A stretch of DNA of 62,952 nt from Pseudobutyrivibrio sp. (GCA_024681435.1 JAILAV010000037.1:1-62952), one strand, 5' to 3'. Numbered from the stretch's first letter, positions 48,228 through 59,323 are shown. Notes: generated by a model from the letters alone, not told the origin. Translations and numbers: made by a program.

Positions 48228-50025
48228 CTCCCATATATTCTTCTATGGTCAGCTTTGGTAAGCGAATTACAGCCTTTGTACCTTCATCAAGCTCACTATA
48301 CATGGTCAAACCATAATCTTCCTTAAAGTATAGATTAATTCGCTGATTAATATTCCAAAGTCCAATTCCTGAGCCCTTGCCCTTTGACTCAGTCTTCTCA
48401 GTTAAAAGATTATCTAAAACGTCCTGAGGAATACCCATTCCGTTATCTACTACTTCAATAAAAATATCCCCATCCTTTTCATATCCGTTAATATCAATGA
48501 TTCCATCATCTTCCATTTCTCCAACGGCATGATAAATGGCGTTTTCGATAAGAGGCTGAATAATTAATTTTATAGTGACACAATTTTCAATTGCAGGGTC
48601 AACATTTATATTCGCCTCAAAACGATTCTTATATCTGACCTTTTGGATAGCCACATAGTTTCTTGCATGGGTAATCTCATCTTTTATTGTGATAATATTA
48701 TTACCTTTACTAAGAGATATTCTAAAGAGGCTGGCCAAACTCTTAATCATTGAAATAGCCTCTGGATATTTTTCAGCCTCAATCATCCAGATAACAGAAT
48801 CTAAAGTGTTATACAAGAAATGCGGATTAATCTGGGCCTGCAAGGCATTAAGCTCAGAGCGCCTTTTTTCTTTTTGTTCCTTGACTCGCACTTCCATCAG
48901 ATTATGCATCTGACTTACCAATGAGCGAATTGTTCGTCCTAAATGCCTGATTTCATGAGAACCACCAATATAAATCCCCTGTTCATCAAAATCACCATCT
49001 TCAATTCCCTTTAAAGATGCTTCAAGTCTTCTGATTGGGTCCGTTACTATTTTCGAAATAAAAATATTGCCAAACACAATAAGGAAAATTGTAACGGTGA
49101 TAATAATAAGCATGAATGCCCTAAGCTGATTATATGATCCAGTAAGCTTTTCCATAGGCACAACAGATACAATCTTCCAACCAGTGTAGCCTACCGTCTT
49201 TACTATAACTGCTCTTTTACTGCCCTCAAATGTCTCTATATGGTCACCATCGTCGTAGGAGGCAGCAACAATATTATTTTCATTTACAAGTCCTGTATAT
49301 ATAGCCTTCTGTTTTGGGTGATAAATGATTTCCCCCTCAGAATCCACAAGATAAACATATCCTGTACCGCCCTCATTGACGCGGGAAAACATTTGCTCAA
49401 TGGCAGAATAGTTCATATCTACCAGAAGAATTCCTCGTCTGTTGTAACCCATAAAATTCAAATCAACGCTTCGACTTAAAGAAACAACCCAATAGTATCT
49501 GTAATTACTACTTTCAAACATATTCTGAACATGTGGGGTAGAAAAATGGAAATTTTCGATATGCTCTTCTGTTGTAGAAAACCAGGTCTGATCAGTAAAA
49601 TCCACTCCAGATTTTCTAGTTGCAATTGGCGCAGCAGAAATAAGGGCACCATCCTGTGATACGCAGGCAATACTAATTAGATTATCCTTATTTGCCTCGT
49701 ATAAAAGGTCCATTTCTTTATTCATGGTGTCGCTGGTCAGGTCTAGATTTTTGATTACGTTATAATACATTGAATCTGAAATTCTCATCATATTTTTTAG
49801 ATATGAATTGAGATTCCAGCTAATCTGTTCAATAACCTGTTCATTATTTTCAATTGCTGTTGATTTGGCAGTACTAATATAATTTGTGTAAAAAGCAAAG
49901 GTCATGAAAGCCATACTAAGAATAGAAACAGCTGTGAAGGAAAGGGAAATTATAAGCTGTATACTTCTTCTTTTAGAGGCTTTTTTGACTCTTTGAATCT
50001 GCCCTTTGAAGTCAAACCTTTTCAT
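48208..50025 (-). CDS. YesM/LytS-type sensor histidine kinase (Cache-HAMP)
   Basis: LQAQINPHFLYNTL, QPLIENAIYH, DNGMGI, GIGL.N. Confidence 0.95.
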   Translation of the reverse strand: MKRFDFKGQIQRVKKASKRRSIQLIISLSFTAVSILSMAFMTFAFYTNYISTAKSTAIENNEQVIEQISWNLNSYLKNMMRISDSMYYNVIKNLDLTSDTMNKEMDLLYEANKDNLISIACVSQDGALISAAPIATRKSGVDFTDQTWFSTTEEHIENFHFSTPHVQNMFESSNYRYYWVVSLSRSVDLNFMGYNRRGILLVDMNYSAIEQMFSRVNEGGTGYVYLVDSEGEIIYHPKQKAIYTGLVNENNIVAASYDDGDHIETFEGSKRAVIVKTVGYTGWKIVSVVPMEKLTGSYNQLRAFMLIIITVTIFLIVFGNIFISKIVTDPIRRLEASLKGIEDGDFDEQGIYIGGSHEIRHLGRTIRSLVSQMHNLMEVRVKEQKEKRRSELNALQAQINPHFLYNTLDSVIWMIEAEKYPEAISMIKSLASLFRISLSKGNNIITIKDEITHARNYVAIQKVRYKNRFEANINVDPAIENCVTIKLIIQPLIENAIYHAVGEMEDDGIIDINGYEKDGDIFIEVVDNGMGIPQDVLDNLLTEKTESKGKGSGIGLWNINQRINLYFKEDYGLTMYSELDEGTKAVIRLPKLTIEEYMGGEGYAK

Positions 50026-51284
50026 TAATTATCCTTTTTCTGTCTATACTTAGAAGGTGAAATTCCGTATGCTTTTTTAAACACATAACTGAAATAATTT
50101 GGCTCGTCATAGCCAATCATTCCCGCTATCATATATGCTTTTTCATCTGTATGTTCAAGAAGCCACACAGCTTTTTCCATTCGAATATTCGTAAGATAGT
50201 TTACAAAGCTAAGGCCCGTATTTTTCTTAAACAAAGTAGAAAAATAATTTGGACTAACATTTAAAACATTGCATAATCTATCTACTGAAAGCTGAGAATC
50301 TTTGTAGTGTTCACTGATATAATCCTTAGCCTTTTCAACCAGATTATTCGCATTTGCCTTAGCCTCTAAATCCTTAATCGAAACAGCCTGATTTTCAAAA
50401 TACAAACTACAGTAAGTAGACGCATCCTTGGCTGTCTTATATGACTCAGATATCTCCTCTAAAACAGGCACCTGCGCTCCAATACCAGCAATTGTTTTTA
50501 TATCCAAAAGTTTCTTAGAAAGCTTACAAATCTGATCTAATTCAAGTTCAAATTCATTGTACTCTTCTTTATCCTCAAAACAGCCCAGCACAATAACATC
50601 GCCTAGATAATTTAGGCAATGATAATTCTTTTTTGTACTTAAGCGCTCTTTTGCAAGCTGATTTAACGACACTGACAAAAGTCGCTTACTATCTGCATTT
50701 AATTGTGATTCATCAAAGGAAAGTTTTATTATGCCGACGGCATAGAAATTCCCCCTAATTCCTTCTCCATATTCTGCTGATATTTCTTTTAATCTCTCGG
50801 ACTCTATATGCCCCTCAATAAGTCCAATAATAAACTGCTCTCTAAAAAGTGGAAAGCTTTCTTGATAATACTTTTCCAGTATTTGGAAATTTCGACGCTT
50901 ATCAAATTCATCATCTAACCGCACTTTAATTCTTGCAAAAACATGATGTAATTCATCGGCATCAATAGGTTTTAAAATGTACTCTTCGGCAGAAAGCTCA
51001 ATTGCTTCTTTTGCATAATCAAACTCATCATATCCCGAAAAAATTACCACCTTCGTGGCTGGAAGTTCTGCCTTTAGTTGCTTAGAAAACTCCAGTCCAT
51101 TCATAAAAGGCATATTAATATCTGTCATGACAACATCAGGCTGACAGTCCAATGCTTTTTCCAAAGCATCACTGCCATTCTCTGCACTTGCCACAACTTT
51201 AAATCCTAACTCCTCCCAATTAATCTTTTTCTCAATGGCGACGCGTACTTCTTCCTCGTCATCCACAAGCATAACATTATACAT
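50025..51284 (-). CDS. YesN-type response regulator (receiver + AraC HTH)
   Basis: VDDE, TDINMP, YILKP; C-terminal YFSTLFKK..G, NYFSYVFKK.YGISP; ATG 51284. Confidence 0.94.
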   Translation of the reverse strand: MYNVMLVDDEEEVRVAIEKKINWEELGFKVVASAENGSDALEKALDCQPDVVMTDINMPFMNGLEFSKQLKAELPATKVVIFSGYDEFDYAKEAIELSAEEYILKPIDADELHHVFARIKVRLDDEFDKRRNFQILEKYYQESFPLFREQFIIGLIEGHIESERLKEISAEYGEGIRGNFYAVGIIKLSFDESQLNADSKRLLSVSLNQLAKERLSTKKNYHCLNYLGDVIVLGCFEDKEEYNEFELELDQICKLSKKLLDIKTIAGIGAQVPVLEEISESYKTAKDASTYCSLYFENQAVSIKDLEAKANANNLVEKAKDYISEHYKDSQLSVDRLCNVLNVSPNYFSTLFKKNTGLSFVNYLTNIRMEKAVWLLEHTDEKAYMIAGMIGYDEPNYFSYVFKKAYGISPSKYRQKKDN

Positions 51285-51328
51285 ACAATATTCCCCCGAA
51301 TACCTAAATAACGTACGTACATTATAAC

Positions 51329-51356
51329 AAAAAGAGGCACCATAAGGCACCCCTTT
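51329..51356 (-). terminator. G.U-rich terminator-like hairpin after the sugar permease gene
   Basis: AAAGGGGTGCC-TTAT-GGTGCCTCTTT followed by TT, running into TGTTATAAT. Confidence 0.45.
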
Positions 51357-51369
51357 GAGTAAATTATTT

Positions 51370-51471
51370 AAGTGAGCTTTGTAGCTATCAATCTCTGAGT
51401 GTTACCCAAGCGAAGCTTTCTATGCTGAGCGGAGTAATATCTCAGGATTGAGCGCGTAACAATGCGGACTT
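51370..51471 (+). repeat. Dispersed hairpin repeat, copy B
   Basis: GTAGCTATCAATC...core AAGCGAAGCTTTCTATGCTGAGCG...GATTGAGCGCGTAAC with different but complementary stems. Confidence 0.85.
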
Positions 51472-52646
51472 TAGTTCTTCTTGCGCTTAGAAAGAACGTC
51501 AACTGTTACGGCTCCAAGAAGTACAGCACCCTTTACAATCTTTTGGATATCTGTTGACCATCCAAATAGGGACATACCATTGTTAAGAACACCCATAACA
51601 AACGCACCAACTACTGCACCAAGGATTGTACCAGAACCACCGGCTACAGCAGCACCACCAATGTAGCATGATGCGATGGCATCCATTTCGAAACCATCAC
51701 CAGCCTTTGGTGTTGAAGAACCATTTCTTGCTGAAAGCACGATACCAGCAATTGCTGAAAGTACACCCATGTTTGTGTATACCCAGAAGAATACTTTGTT
51801 AGTATCGATACCTGAAAGGTTAGCTGCCTTTCTGTTACCACCAAGAGCGTAAATCTGACGACCAGCTACTGTCTTAGTTGTAATGAAAGCATAAATTGCA
51901 ATAAGAACAACCATGATAAGAAGTACAAATGGAAGTCCATTGTAACGAGCAAGCTTATAAAGGAAGAACCAAAGAATGAATAACTCAATTGCAACCTTTA
52001 AAATTGTCTGCCATGCTGGAGCAAGTGAAAAGTTATATTTCTTCTTTGTCTGAATACCCTTTAACTCAGACCAAATAAGTCCTACAGAAGCGATAATTGC
52101 TACTAAGATTGAAACTAAGTCAAGAATTCCATCTCCAAAGAAAATCTTATATGTAGGAAGGAATCCAGCACCGATAAAGTTGTAGTTTGAAGGAAGAGGA
52201 CCCTTTGTCTGCGCCTGTAAAAGTGTATAAGTAAGACCTCTACCCATAAGCATTGTAGCCAGTGTAACTACGAATGGTGGAATGCTAAGGTAAGCAATAA
52301 AGAAACCTGCAAACATACCAACCAAAAGACCAATAACAAGGGCTGAAAGAATAGCAACCCACATGTTCATCTTGTAGTCCATCATCATGATACCAGCTGT
52401 GGCACCGCAAAGAGCAACTACTGAACCAACACCAAGGTCGACGTTACCTGTTAATACACAAAGTAACATACCAATTGCAAGAATAACAACGTAACCATTC
52501 TGCATTACAAGGTTGTTGATATTCATAGGTGTAAGGTTTTTACCGCCTGTAAGCAAAGCGAATATTAAATAAATAACAATAAGGGCAATAAACATACCAT
52601 ATTGTTTCATATCAAGATTAACTCTTTTATTTTTCATTTCCATCAT
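51471..52646 (-). CDS. Multiple-monosaccharide ABC transporter permease (GguB/MmsB-like)
   Basis: [43 protein letters not shown]. Confidence 0.92.
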   Translation of the reverse strand: MMEMKNKRVNLDMKQYGMFIALIVIYLIFALLTGGKNLTPMNINNLVMQNGYVVILAIGMLLCVLTGNVDLGVGSVVALCGATAGIMMMDYKMNMWVAILSALVIGLLVGMFAGFFIAYLSIPPFVVTLATMLMGRGLTYTLLQAQTKGPLPSNYNFIGAGFLPTYKIFFGDGILDLVSILVAIIASVGLIWSELKGIQTKKKYNFSLAPAWQTILKVAIELFILWFFLYKLARYNGLPFVLLIMVVLIAIYAFITTKTVAGRQIYALGGNRKAANLSGIDTNKVFFWVYTNMGVLSAIAGIVLSARNGSSTPKAGDGFEMDAIASCYIGGAAVAGGSGTILGAVVGAFVMGVLNNGMSLFGWSTDIQKIVKGAVLLGAVTVDVLSKRKKN

Positions 52647-54189
52647 CCTTTCTGTTATGTGCCATTACGCACTGCATAATCTTCTCCTGTGATACTTCCT
52701 CACTGCTTAATTCACCAGCGATTTCGCCTTCATTGATAACGTATATACGGTCACATGTACCAATGATTTCTGGCATTTCAGAAGATATTACAATGACAGC
52801 TTTTCCAGCCTTTGCAAGATCATTTATGACACAATAAATTTCATATTTAGCACCAACATCGATACCTCTTGTTGGTTCGTCCAAAATCAATACATCAGGC
52901 TGTGTAAGCATCCATTTTGCAAGTACAACCTTCTGCTGATTACCACCGGAAAGTGAACCAACAACCTGATTGATGGAATTTGCTTTAACGTTAATTTTCT
53001 GTTTATATTCTTCAGCTGCAAGTATCTCTTCGTTGCCGTTAATAACACCACGCTTAGAGAAGAACTTAGGACGAGCGGCAAGGGCCATATTCTCTTTGAT
53101 ATCGCCAATAAGAATTAGACCATTCGTCTTTCTATCCTCAGTGACATAAGCTAACTTATTATCAATGGCATCCTTAACTGTATTAAGATGAACTTCTTTT
53201 CCGTTAATCTTTACAGTTCCTGAGATTTTCTGTCCATAGCTATGACCAAAGACACTCATGGCAAATTCTGTACGTCCTGCGCCCATAAGTCCTGCCAAGC
53301 CAACAACCTCGCCTGCCTTAACTTCGATGTTAATATCCTTAAGAACCTGACGCTCAGCATCGTCTGGATGATATACGTTCCAGTTCTTAACTTCAAAAAT
53401 AGTATCACCAATAGTAACACCTTCTCTTACTGGATAACGGTTTGTAAGCTCACGACCTACCATGGCTTTAATAACTCTATCCTCAGAGAAATCATCTACA
53501 CCCTTTACAAGTGTTTCAATTGTCTTTCCGTCTCGAATAACTGTTACTGCATCAGCGACATAACTGATTTCATTTAATTTATGAGAAATGATGATACATG
53601 TAATACCCTGTTTCTTAAGCTCTAACATGATATCAAGAAGTTTTTTAGATTCCTCATCATTTAAAGCTGCAGTAGGCTCATCCAAAATAAGGAGCTCTAC
53701 TTTCTTTGCCATTGCTTTGGCAATCTCTATAAGCTGTTGTTTACCAACGCCTAATGAATTTACTGGAGCATTGACATTTTCATTTTCAAGACCGACACGT
53801 GCAAGCATCTCCTGAGCCTTTTGTCTAGTCTTTGTCCAGTCAATAACGCCCTTCATTGAAAGCTGTTCATTTCCTAAAAATACATTTTCTGCTATTGAAA
53901 GAAGAGGGCTAAGTGCAAGTTCCTGGTGGATAATAACGATTCCTTTAGCCTCTGAATCTCTAAGGTTATGGAATTTGCAAACCTCACCATGGTATTCTAC
54001 TTCACCTTCGTATGTTCCATATGGATAAACACCAGACAAAACATTCATAAGAGTTGATTTTCCGGCACCATTCTCGCCACAAAGAGCATGAATCTCTCCC
54101 TTTTTCACCTGCAGATTTACATCATCAAGGGCTCTAACTCCAGAAAACTCTTTAATAATGTGTTTCATTTCCAAGATGTAATCTGACAT
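52627..54189 (-). CDS. Multiple-monosaccharide ABC transporter ATPase (GguA/MmsA-like)
   Basis: GENGAGKST, tandem NBDs, [20 protein letters not shown]. Confidence 0.94.
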   Translation of the reverse strand: MSDYILEMKHIIKEFSGVRALDDVNLQVKKGEIHALCGENGAGKSTLMNVLSGVYPYGTYEGEVEYHGEVCKFHNLRDSEAKGIVIIHQELALSPLLSIAENVFLGNEQLSMKGVIDWTKTRQKAQEMLARVGLENENVNAPVNSLGVGKQQLIEIAKAMAKKVELLILDEPTAALNDEESKKLLDIMLELKKQGITCIIISHKLNEISYVADAVTVIRDGKTIETLVKGVDDFSEDRVIKAMVGRELTNRYPVREGVTIGDTIFEVKNWNVYHPDDAERQVLKDINIEVKAGEVVGLAGLMGAGRTEFAMSVFGHSYGQKISGTVKINGKEVHLNTVKDAIDNKLAYVTEDRKTNGLILIGDIKENMALAARPKFFSKRGVINGNEEILAAEEYKQKINVKANSINQVVGSLSGGNQQKVVLAKWMLTQPDVLILDEPTRGIDVGAKYEIYCVINDLAKAGKAVIVISSEMPEIIGTCDRIYVINEGEIAGELSSEEVSQEKIMQCVMAHNRKDDGNEK

Positions 54190-54204
54190 ATTCTACTCCT
54201 ATCT

Positions 54205-54242
54205 TAAAAATAGCGGCGACTTAAATTCTTAAGCCGCCACTA
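54205..54242 (-). terminator. Intercistronic hairpin after the binding-protein gene
   Basis: TAGTGGCGGCTTAA/TTAAGTCGCCGCTA followed by TTTTT. Confidence 0.65.
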
Positions 54243-54260
54243 ATTAATACATACTATAAA

Positions 54261-55406
54261 TTATTCTGCTAGCTGCTCTTCTGTATAGTAACCACCATCA
54301 ACAATGATTTCTTTGTAGTTGTCCTTATCTACTGCAACTGGTGTGCAAAGGTATGAAGGAACAACAAGCTTTCCATTGTCATACTGCTCTGTATCGTTGA
54401 TTTCTGGCTCTGCACCTTCAAGAACTGCCTGAACCATTGTTACACACTTATCTGCAAGGAGACGTGTATCCTTGTAGATAGACATTGTCTGTGAACCAGC
54501 GATGATGTTCTTTGTAGCCATAAGCTCTGCATCCTGTCCTGTGATAAGTGGCCAGTTCTCACCTACCTTGTATCCAGCACCTTCAAGAGCTGCCTTACAT
54601 CCATAAGCGAAACCGTCAAAAGCTGTTGCGCAGATATCAAGATCTTCGTCAGCATAGAAACCTGTTAAGTAGTTCTCACAGTTCTGCTGAGCTGTTTCCT
54701 GAGACCATCTGAGAATACATGTATCATCAAATGATGTTCTGCCTGACTTACATACTAATGTACCATTGTCAAGGTATGGCTGAAGAACTTCCATAAGACC
54801 GTTGTAAAGCATTACAGCGTTGTTATCATCTGGTGAGCCCATGAAGAACTCGATTGTGTATGTCTCAGATGTATTCTTAAGATCCTTGTTCTCCTCGATA
54901 TACTTACCGATTGCTGTACCAACACCCTTGTTATCGAATGTTGCATAGTATGAAACTGCATCTGTGTCCATAAGAAGACGGTCATAAGCGATGATTGGAA
55001 TACCAGCATCCTTAGCCTGAGCTTCTACGTTTACAAGAGCTGATGAGTCAACAGCTGCGATAACTAAACAGTCTGCGCCAGCAGCGATCATGTTCTCAAT
55101 CTGAGAAACCTGAGCCTGTACATCATCCTCTGCATACTGTAAATCAACTTCATAGCCGAGAGCCTCAAGCTTCTCTTTCATGTTGCTACCATCGTTGATC
55201 CATCTCTCAGAAGACTGAGTAGGCATTGCAACCGCAACTCTCTTTCCGCCGCTAGATGTTGTAGCAGGTGCTGCATCCCCAGTGTCAGCTGCCTCTGTTG
55301 CTGTTCCATCCTCAGCTGGAGCGCCTGTGTCTGCAGGGCCGCATCCAGCGAATAAGCCCATAGCCATAACGGCTGTTAGTAAAAACCCAAGAACACGTTT
55401 TTTCAT
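54261..55406 (-). CDS. Sugar ABC transporter binding lipoprotein (ChvE/SbpA-like)
   Basis: Lipobox FAGC; MPTQSSERWINDG, IAYDRL, YYATFDN, GSPDDNNA, ITGQDAE. Confidence 0.93.
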   Translation of the reverse strand: MKKRVLGFLLTAVMAMGLFAGCGPADTGAPAEDGTATEAADTGDAAPATTSSGGKRVAVAMPTQSSERWINDGSNMKEKLEALGYEVDLQYAEDDVQAQVSQIENMIAAGADCLVIAAVDSSALVNVEAQAKDAGIPIIAYDRLLMDTDAVSYYATFDNKGVGTAIGKYIEENKDLKNTSETYTIEFFMGSPDDNNAVMLYNGLMEVLQPYLDNGTLVCKSGRTSFDDTCILRWSQETAQQNCENYLTGFYADEDLDICATAFDGFAYGCKAALEGAGYKVGENWPLITGQDAELMATKNIIAGSQTMSIYKDTRLLADKCVTMVQAVLEGAEPEINDTEQYDNGKLVVPSYLCTPVAVDKDNYKEIIVDGGYYTEEQLAE

Positions 55407-55462
55407 TTTCTTCTCCTCCTGTTTTTGCTGGCAACTTTGTTGCCGTTTTTTACTATGTTTTG

Positions 55463-55523
55463 ATTCTATCAGTTAGCTTTTTTGTTGAAAATATAAAATT
55501 CTATTTTTAATCTTAGAAATTCT
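55463..55523 (-). promoter_or_regulatory. Activator-dependent promoter of the sugar ABC operon with direct repeats
   Basis: TG-A-TAGAAT -10, weak -35 TTTTCA at 17 bp; AGAATTT repeated with 21-bp period (55523-55517 and 55502-55496). Confidence 0.55.
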
Positions 55524-55530
55524 CCACAAC

Positions 55531-55554
55531 AAAAAAGACCCATCAGGGTCTTTT
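55531..55554 (-). terminator. Terminator after azlD
   Basis: AAAAGACCC/GGGTCTTTT hairpin with T-run. Confidence 0.7.
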
Positions 55555-55557
55555 ATA

Positions 55558-55869
55558 CTATATAATAACCAACTCACAAATATACACTGCAACACAACAT
55601 ATAACTGCAACCTTAAACATGCTTAGTCCTTTGTAAGAAGTGACTAAACCAATAGCTAAAGCAATCCAACCAGATATAACACTTTGAGTCGCAGATAAGA
55701 TTGCAGGAAAAGTCATAACAGCCAATGTAACATACGGTACATAATATAAAAATGATCTAATAAACTGATTTTCAATTGGCTTTCTAAACAATGTCATCGG
55801 CAAGACTCTAATAATAGTACTCACTATTCCTGCCACAAAAATAAATATATAAACATTATGATTCATCAT
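55558..55869 (-). CDS. azlD: AzlD-family branched-chain amino acid export protein
   Basis: IRVLP...SFLYYVPYVTL; overlaps azlC. Confidence 0.85.
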   Translation of the reverse strand: MMNHNVYIFIFVAGIVSTIIRVLPMTLFRKPIENQFIRSFLYYVPYVTLAVMTFPAILSATQSVISGWIALAIGLVTSYKGLSMFKVAVICCVAVYICELVII

Positions 55870-56587
55870 TAGCCACCTCGTGAGGGAATAAAATTGCAAC
55901 AACTGATGCTATAGCAATTGTAAGAATTATGGTTCTAGTTCCGCTTGATATATCCTTAGTATAAGGCAATGCTGATGCCAAAAAACTAAGAATAAATGAA
56001 ACCACAATGGAACCGGCTACAACTTTATTTTTTTCTGCCTCTGGTATTATACAGGCTAAAAACATTCCATATAAAGCAACAGAAAAAGCACTTATTAATC
56101 TGTCTGGCAAAATGTTTCCAACCATAATCCCAAGAGCCGTTCCCATAGCCCAAGAAGGTAGCGCAATAGCAACTGCCCCATAACTATAAAATGGATTCAA
56201 ATATCCAGGCTGTCTAATTGATATAGCAAATATCTCATCAGTTACACCAAAACCTACAAGTATTCTATGAATCATAGAGGTATCTGGATGAATTCTTTGA
56301 CTTAAGGCTGTGGACATTAACAAATATCTTGCATTTGCAACCAATGTCATAACTGCAATTTCCACATAGGTTGCCCCGGCAGCAAATAACGTATATACGA
56401 TATATTCTCCTGCACTGGCATGACTTAAAATACTATTAATAAATCCCTGATGTGGTAAAAATCCAGCTTCTTTACCAAGTATTCCCAACGAAAAAGAAAC
56501 TGCAAAATATCCTAATGCAATAGGAAATCCATCTTTTATTCCATTATTAAAAGCTTGTTTTTTAGTATCTTTATATTTCAAATTCAT
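55856..56587 (-). CDS. azlC: AzlC-family branched-chain amino acid export permease
   Basis: PIALGYFAVSFSLG, NARYLLMS, TDEIFA. Confidence 0.9.
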   Translation of the reverse strand: MNLKYKDTKKQAFNNGIKDGFPIALGYFAVSFSLGILGKEAGFLPHQGFINSILSHASAGEYIVYTLFAAGATYVEIAVMTLVANARYLLMSTALSQRIHPDTSMIHRILVGFGVTDEIFAISIRQPGYLNPFYSYGAVAIALPSWAMGTALGIMVGNILPDRLISAFSVALYGMFLACIIPEAEKNKVVAGSIVVSFILSFLASALPYTKDISSGTRTIILTIAIASVVAILFPHEVANDES

Positions 56588-56692
56588 TTTATATACCTTG
56601 ATTTCACCAAATTACTACACTTTTTCTATCGCAAAAGTGTAAAATAATATCCGTGAAGATTTTATTCTTAAATCACACTTAGGAGGCCCTAA

Positions 56693-57502
56693 ATGAAACC
56701 TGGAGTATACAAAGCAACAAAGAAAGATGGAACTATTTATTATAGAGGTAACATCACATACAGCGGTAAACATATCAGCATTGGCAGCTTTGATACCGAA
56801 GAAAAATGCAATCGTGCTTATCAAGAAGCTTGGGATATATTAAAAGATACAGATATTACAGTACTGAATTTTCAAAAGACAATTAAAGAACTTCCTTTTG
56901 AAAAATGCATTACTCTCCTTAATTTCAGAGATAATCACATTTATATCAAAACCCCAATTTATCTTCAGCGAAATTATTTTACATACTATTTAGATAAAAA
57001 TACCATCTTAAAATTTGATAATGATGACCTTTTCTATTATTCAAGCCACAAGATTCAAAACCGTGGTGGTCACATGTTTGTAAGTGACTACGGAATGCAG
57101 TACAACATACTTAATCGCTACGGAATCAAGCCTTATAGTGTTAAAGGAAAGGATTATTTATTTGCCAACGACGATGAAACTGATTACAGATATTCCAACA
57201 TCATTGTGGTAAATAAATACCACGGCGTCTACAAAGAAGAAAAAAATGGTCGCACAATGTACGCTGCCAAGATTCATCTCAATGGAGATTTTATTGTTGG
57301 TCGATACAATACCGAAGCAAGAGCCGCAATCGCATACAACAAAGCCGTAGACCTTTGTAAATCTCGAGGTATGACAAAATCATTCCCAACCAACTTTATA
57401 ACTGAATATTCACCTCGCGAATACGCCGATATATATACGGAAATTAAAATATCGTCGCATCTATACAAGTTCTTCAGAAATAAAAACTTTAGGGATGCTT
57501 AA
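56693..57502 (+). CDS. Hypothetical protein with two AP2-like domains around a degenerate HNH-like region
   Basis: GVY...I...GKHISIGSFDTEE...AY and YHGVY...AKI...VGRY.TE..AAIAYNKA; RBS AGGAGG. Confidence 0.7.
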   Translation: MKPGVYKATKKDGTIYYRGNITYSGKHISIGSFDTEEKCNRAYQEAWDILKDTDITVLNFQKTIKELPFEKCITLLNFRDNHIYIKTPIYLQRNYFTYYLDKNTILKFDNDDLFYYSSHKIQNRGGHMFVSDYGMQYNILNRYGIKPYSVKGKDYLFANDDETDYRYSNIIVVNKYHGVYKEEKNGRTMYAAKIHLNGDFIVGRYNTEARAAIAYNKAVDLCKSRGMTKSFPTNFITEYSPREYADIYTEIKISSHLYKFFRNKNFRDA

Positions 57503-57507
57503 AAAAC

Positions 57508-57604
57508 AAGCCACCCTGTCACGACTACAAGCCTTTGTTTTCTCCGTCCGATAAAAAGTATCTCACTTGAGAAAACCAAGAGCTTGATGTCTACAGTGTG
57601 GCTT
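57508..57604 (-). repeat. Dispersed hairpin repeat, copy C (inverted orientation)
   Basis: - strand GTAGACATCAAGCTCT...24-nt core...AGGCTTGTAGTCGTGAC; same spacing as copy A; outer stem AAGCCAC/GTGGCTT. Confidence 0.82.
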
Positions 57605-57622
57605 TTAAATAATCAACAATAA

Positions 57623-58663
<1,041 letters not shown>

Positions 58664-58679
58664 CTATTTAATATAATAT

Positions 58680-59180
58680 TTAAAGAATAACTACATCTTC
58701 TGAACCACGTGTAAGTCCTGTAAGACCAGTACGTGCAAGTTCAAGAATATCGTAGTCTCCTAGCATATCTAAAAATGCTTCAAGCTTATCCTGATTTCCT
58801 GTAAGTTCAAGAATCATAGAATCATGAGTAACATCTACAACCTTGCCATGGAAAATATCTACTATAGTAAGTACATCTTGTCTATCACTGTTTCTAGCTG
58901 AAATCTTAACAAGCATAAGCTCTCTTTTAACAGACAAACCATGCTCAAGTACCTTAACATCTACAACCTCCGTAAGCTTAGATACCTGCTTTTCAATTTG
59001 CTCCAAAATCATCTCGTCGCCGTGAGTCACAATAGTAACTCTTGTATATCTAGGATCAGCTGTAACACCTGCTGAAAAACTATCAATATTGTATCCTCTT
59101 CGTGAAAATAAGCCTGAGATTCGGCTTGTTAGACCTGGTGTATTCTCTACCAAAATTGAAAGAACTTTTTTAGATTCCAT
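58680..59180 (-). CDS. ilvN: Acetolactate synthase regulatory subunit
   Basis: LVEN.PG..SRISGLFSRRGYNI ACT domain, RELMLVK, ELARTG. Confidence 0.96.
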   Translation of the reverse strand: MESKKVLSILVENTPGLTSRISGLFSRRGYNIDSFSAGVTADPRYTRVTIVTHGDEMILEQIEKQVSKLTEVVDVKVLEHGLSVKRELMLVKISARNSDRQDVLTIVDIFHGKVVDVTHDSMILELTGNQDKLEAFLDMLGDYDILELARTGLTGLTRGSEDVVIL

Positions 59181-59210
59181 ATTTCACTCCTAAAAACAAA
59201 TTCTCCGCAA

Positions 59211-59273
59211 CACTTTAGTGCTTTGAAGTACGAAACTAATAAAGATAATAGCACACCGCAAAAAAAATAACAA
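59211..59273 (-). promoter_or_regulatory. ilvNC promoter with operator-like motif
   Basis: TTGTTA-17bp-TATTAT (59273-59245) with TG extension; motif at 59211-59237 resembles 62233-62259. Confidence 0.6.
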
Positions 59274-59323
59274 GGAGGAAACTGTATTAAAGATTACCTT
59301 TAGTAAAAGGCAGATTTGGACAT

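Noticed and set aside
28267-57604. Hairpin repeats read as CRISPR repeats or IS/MITE ends
   Set aside because: Not arrayed with spacers, no cas or transposase genes, outer stems differ between copies, no clear target duplications.
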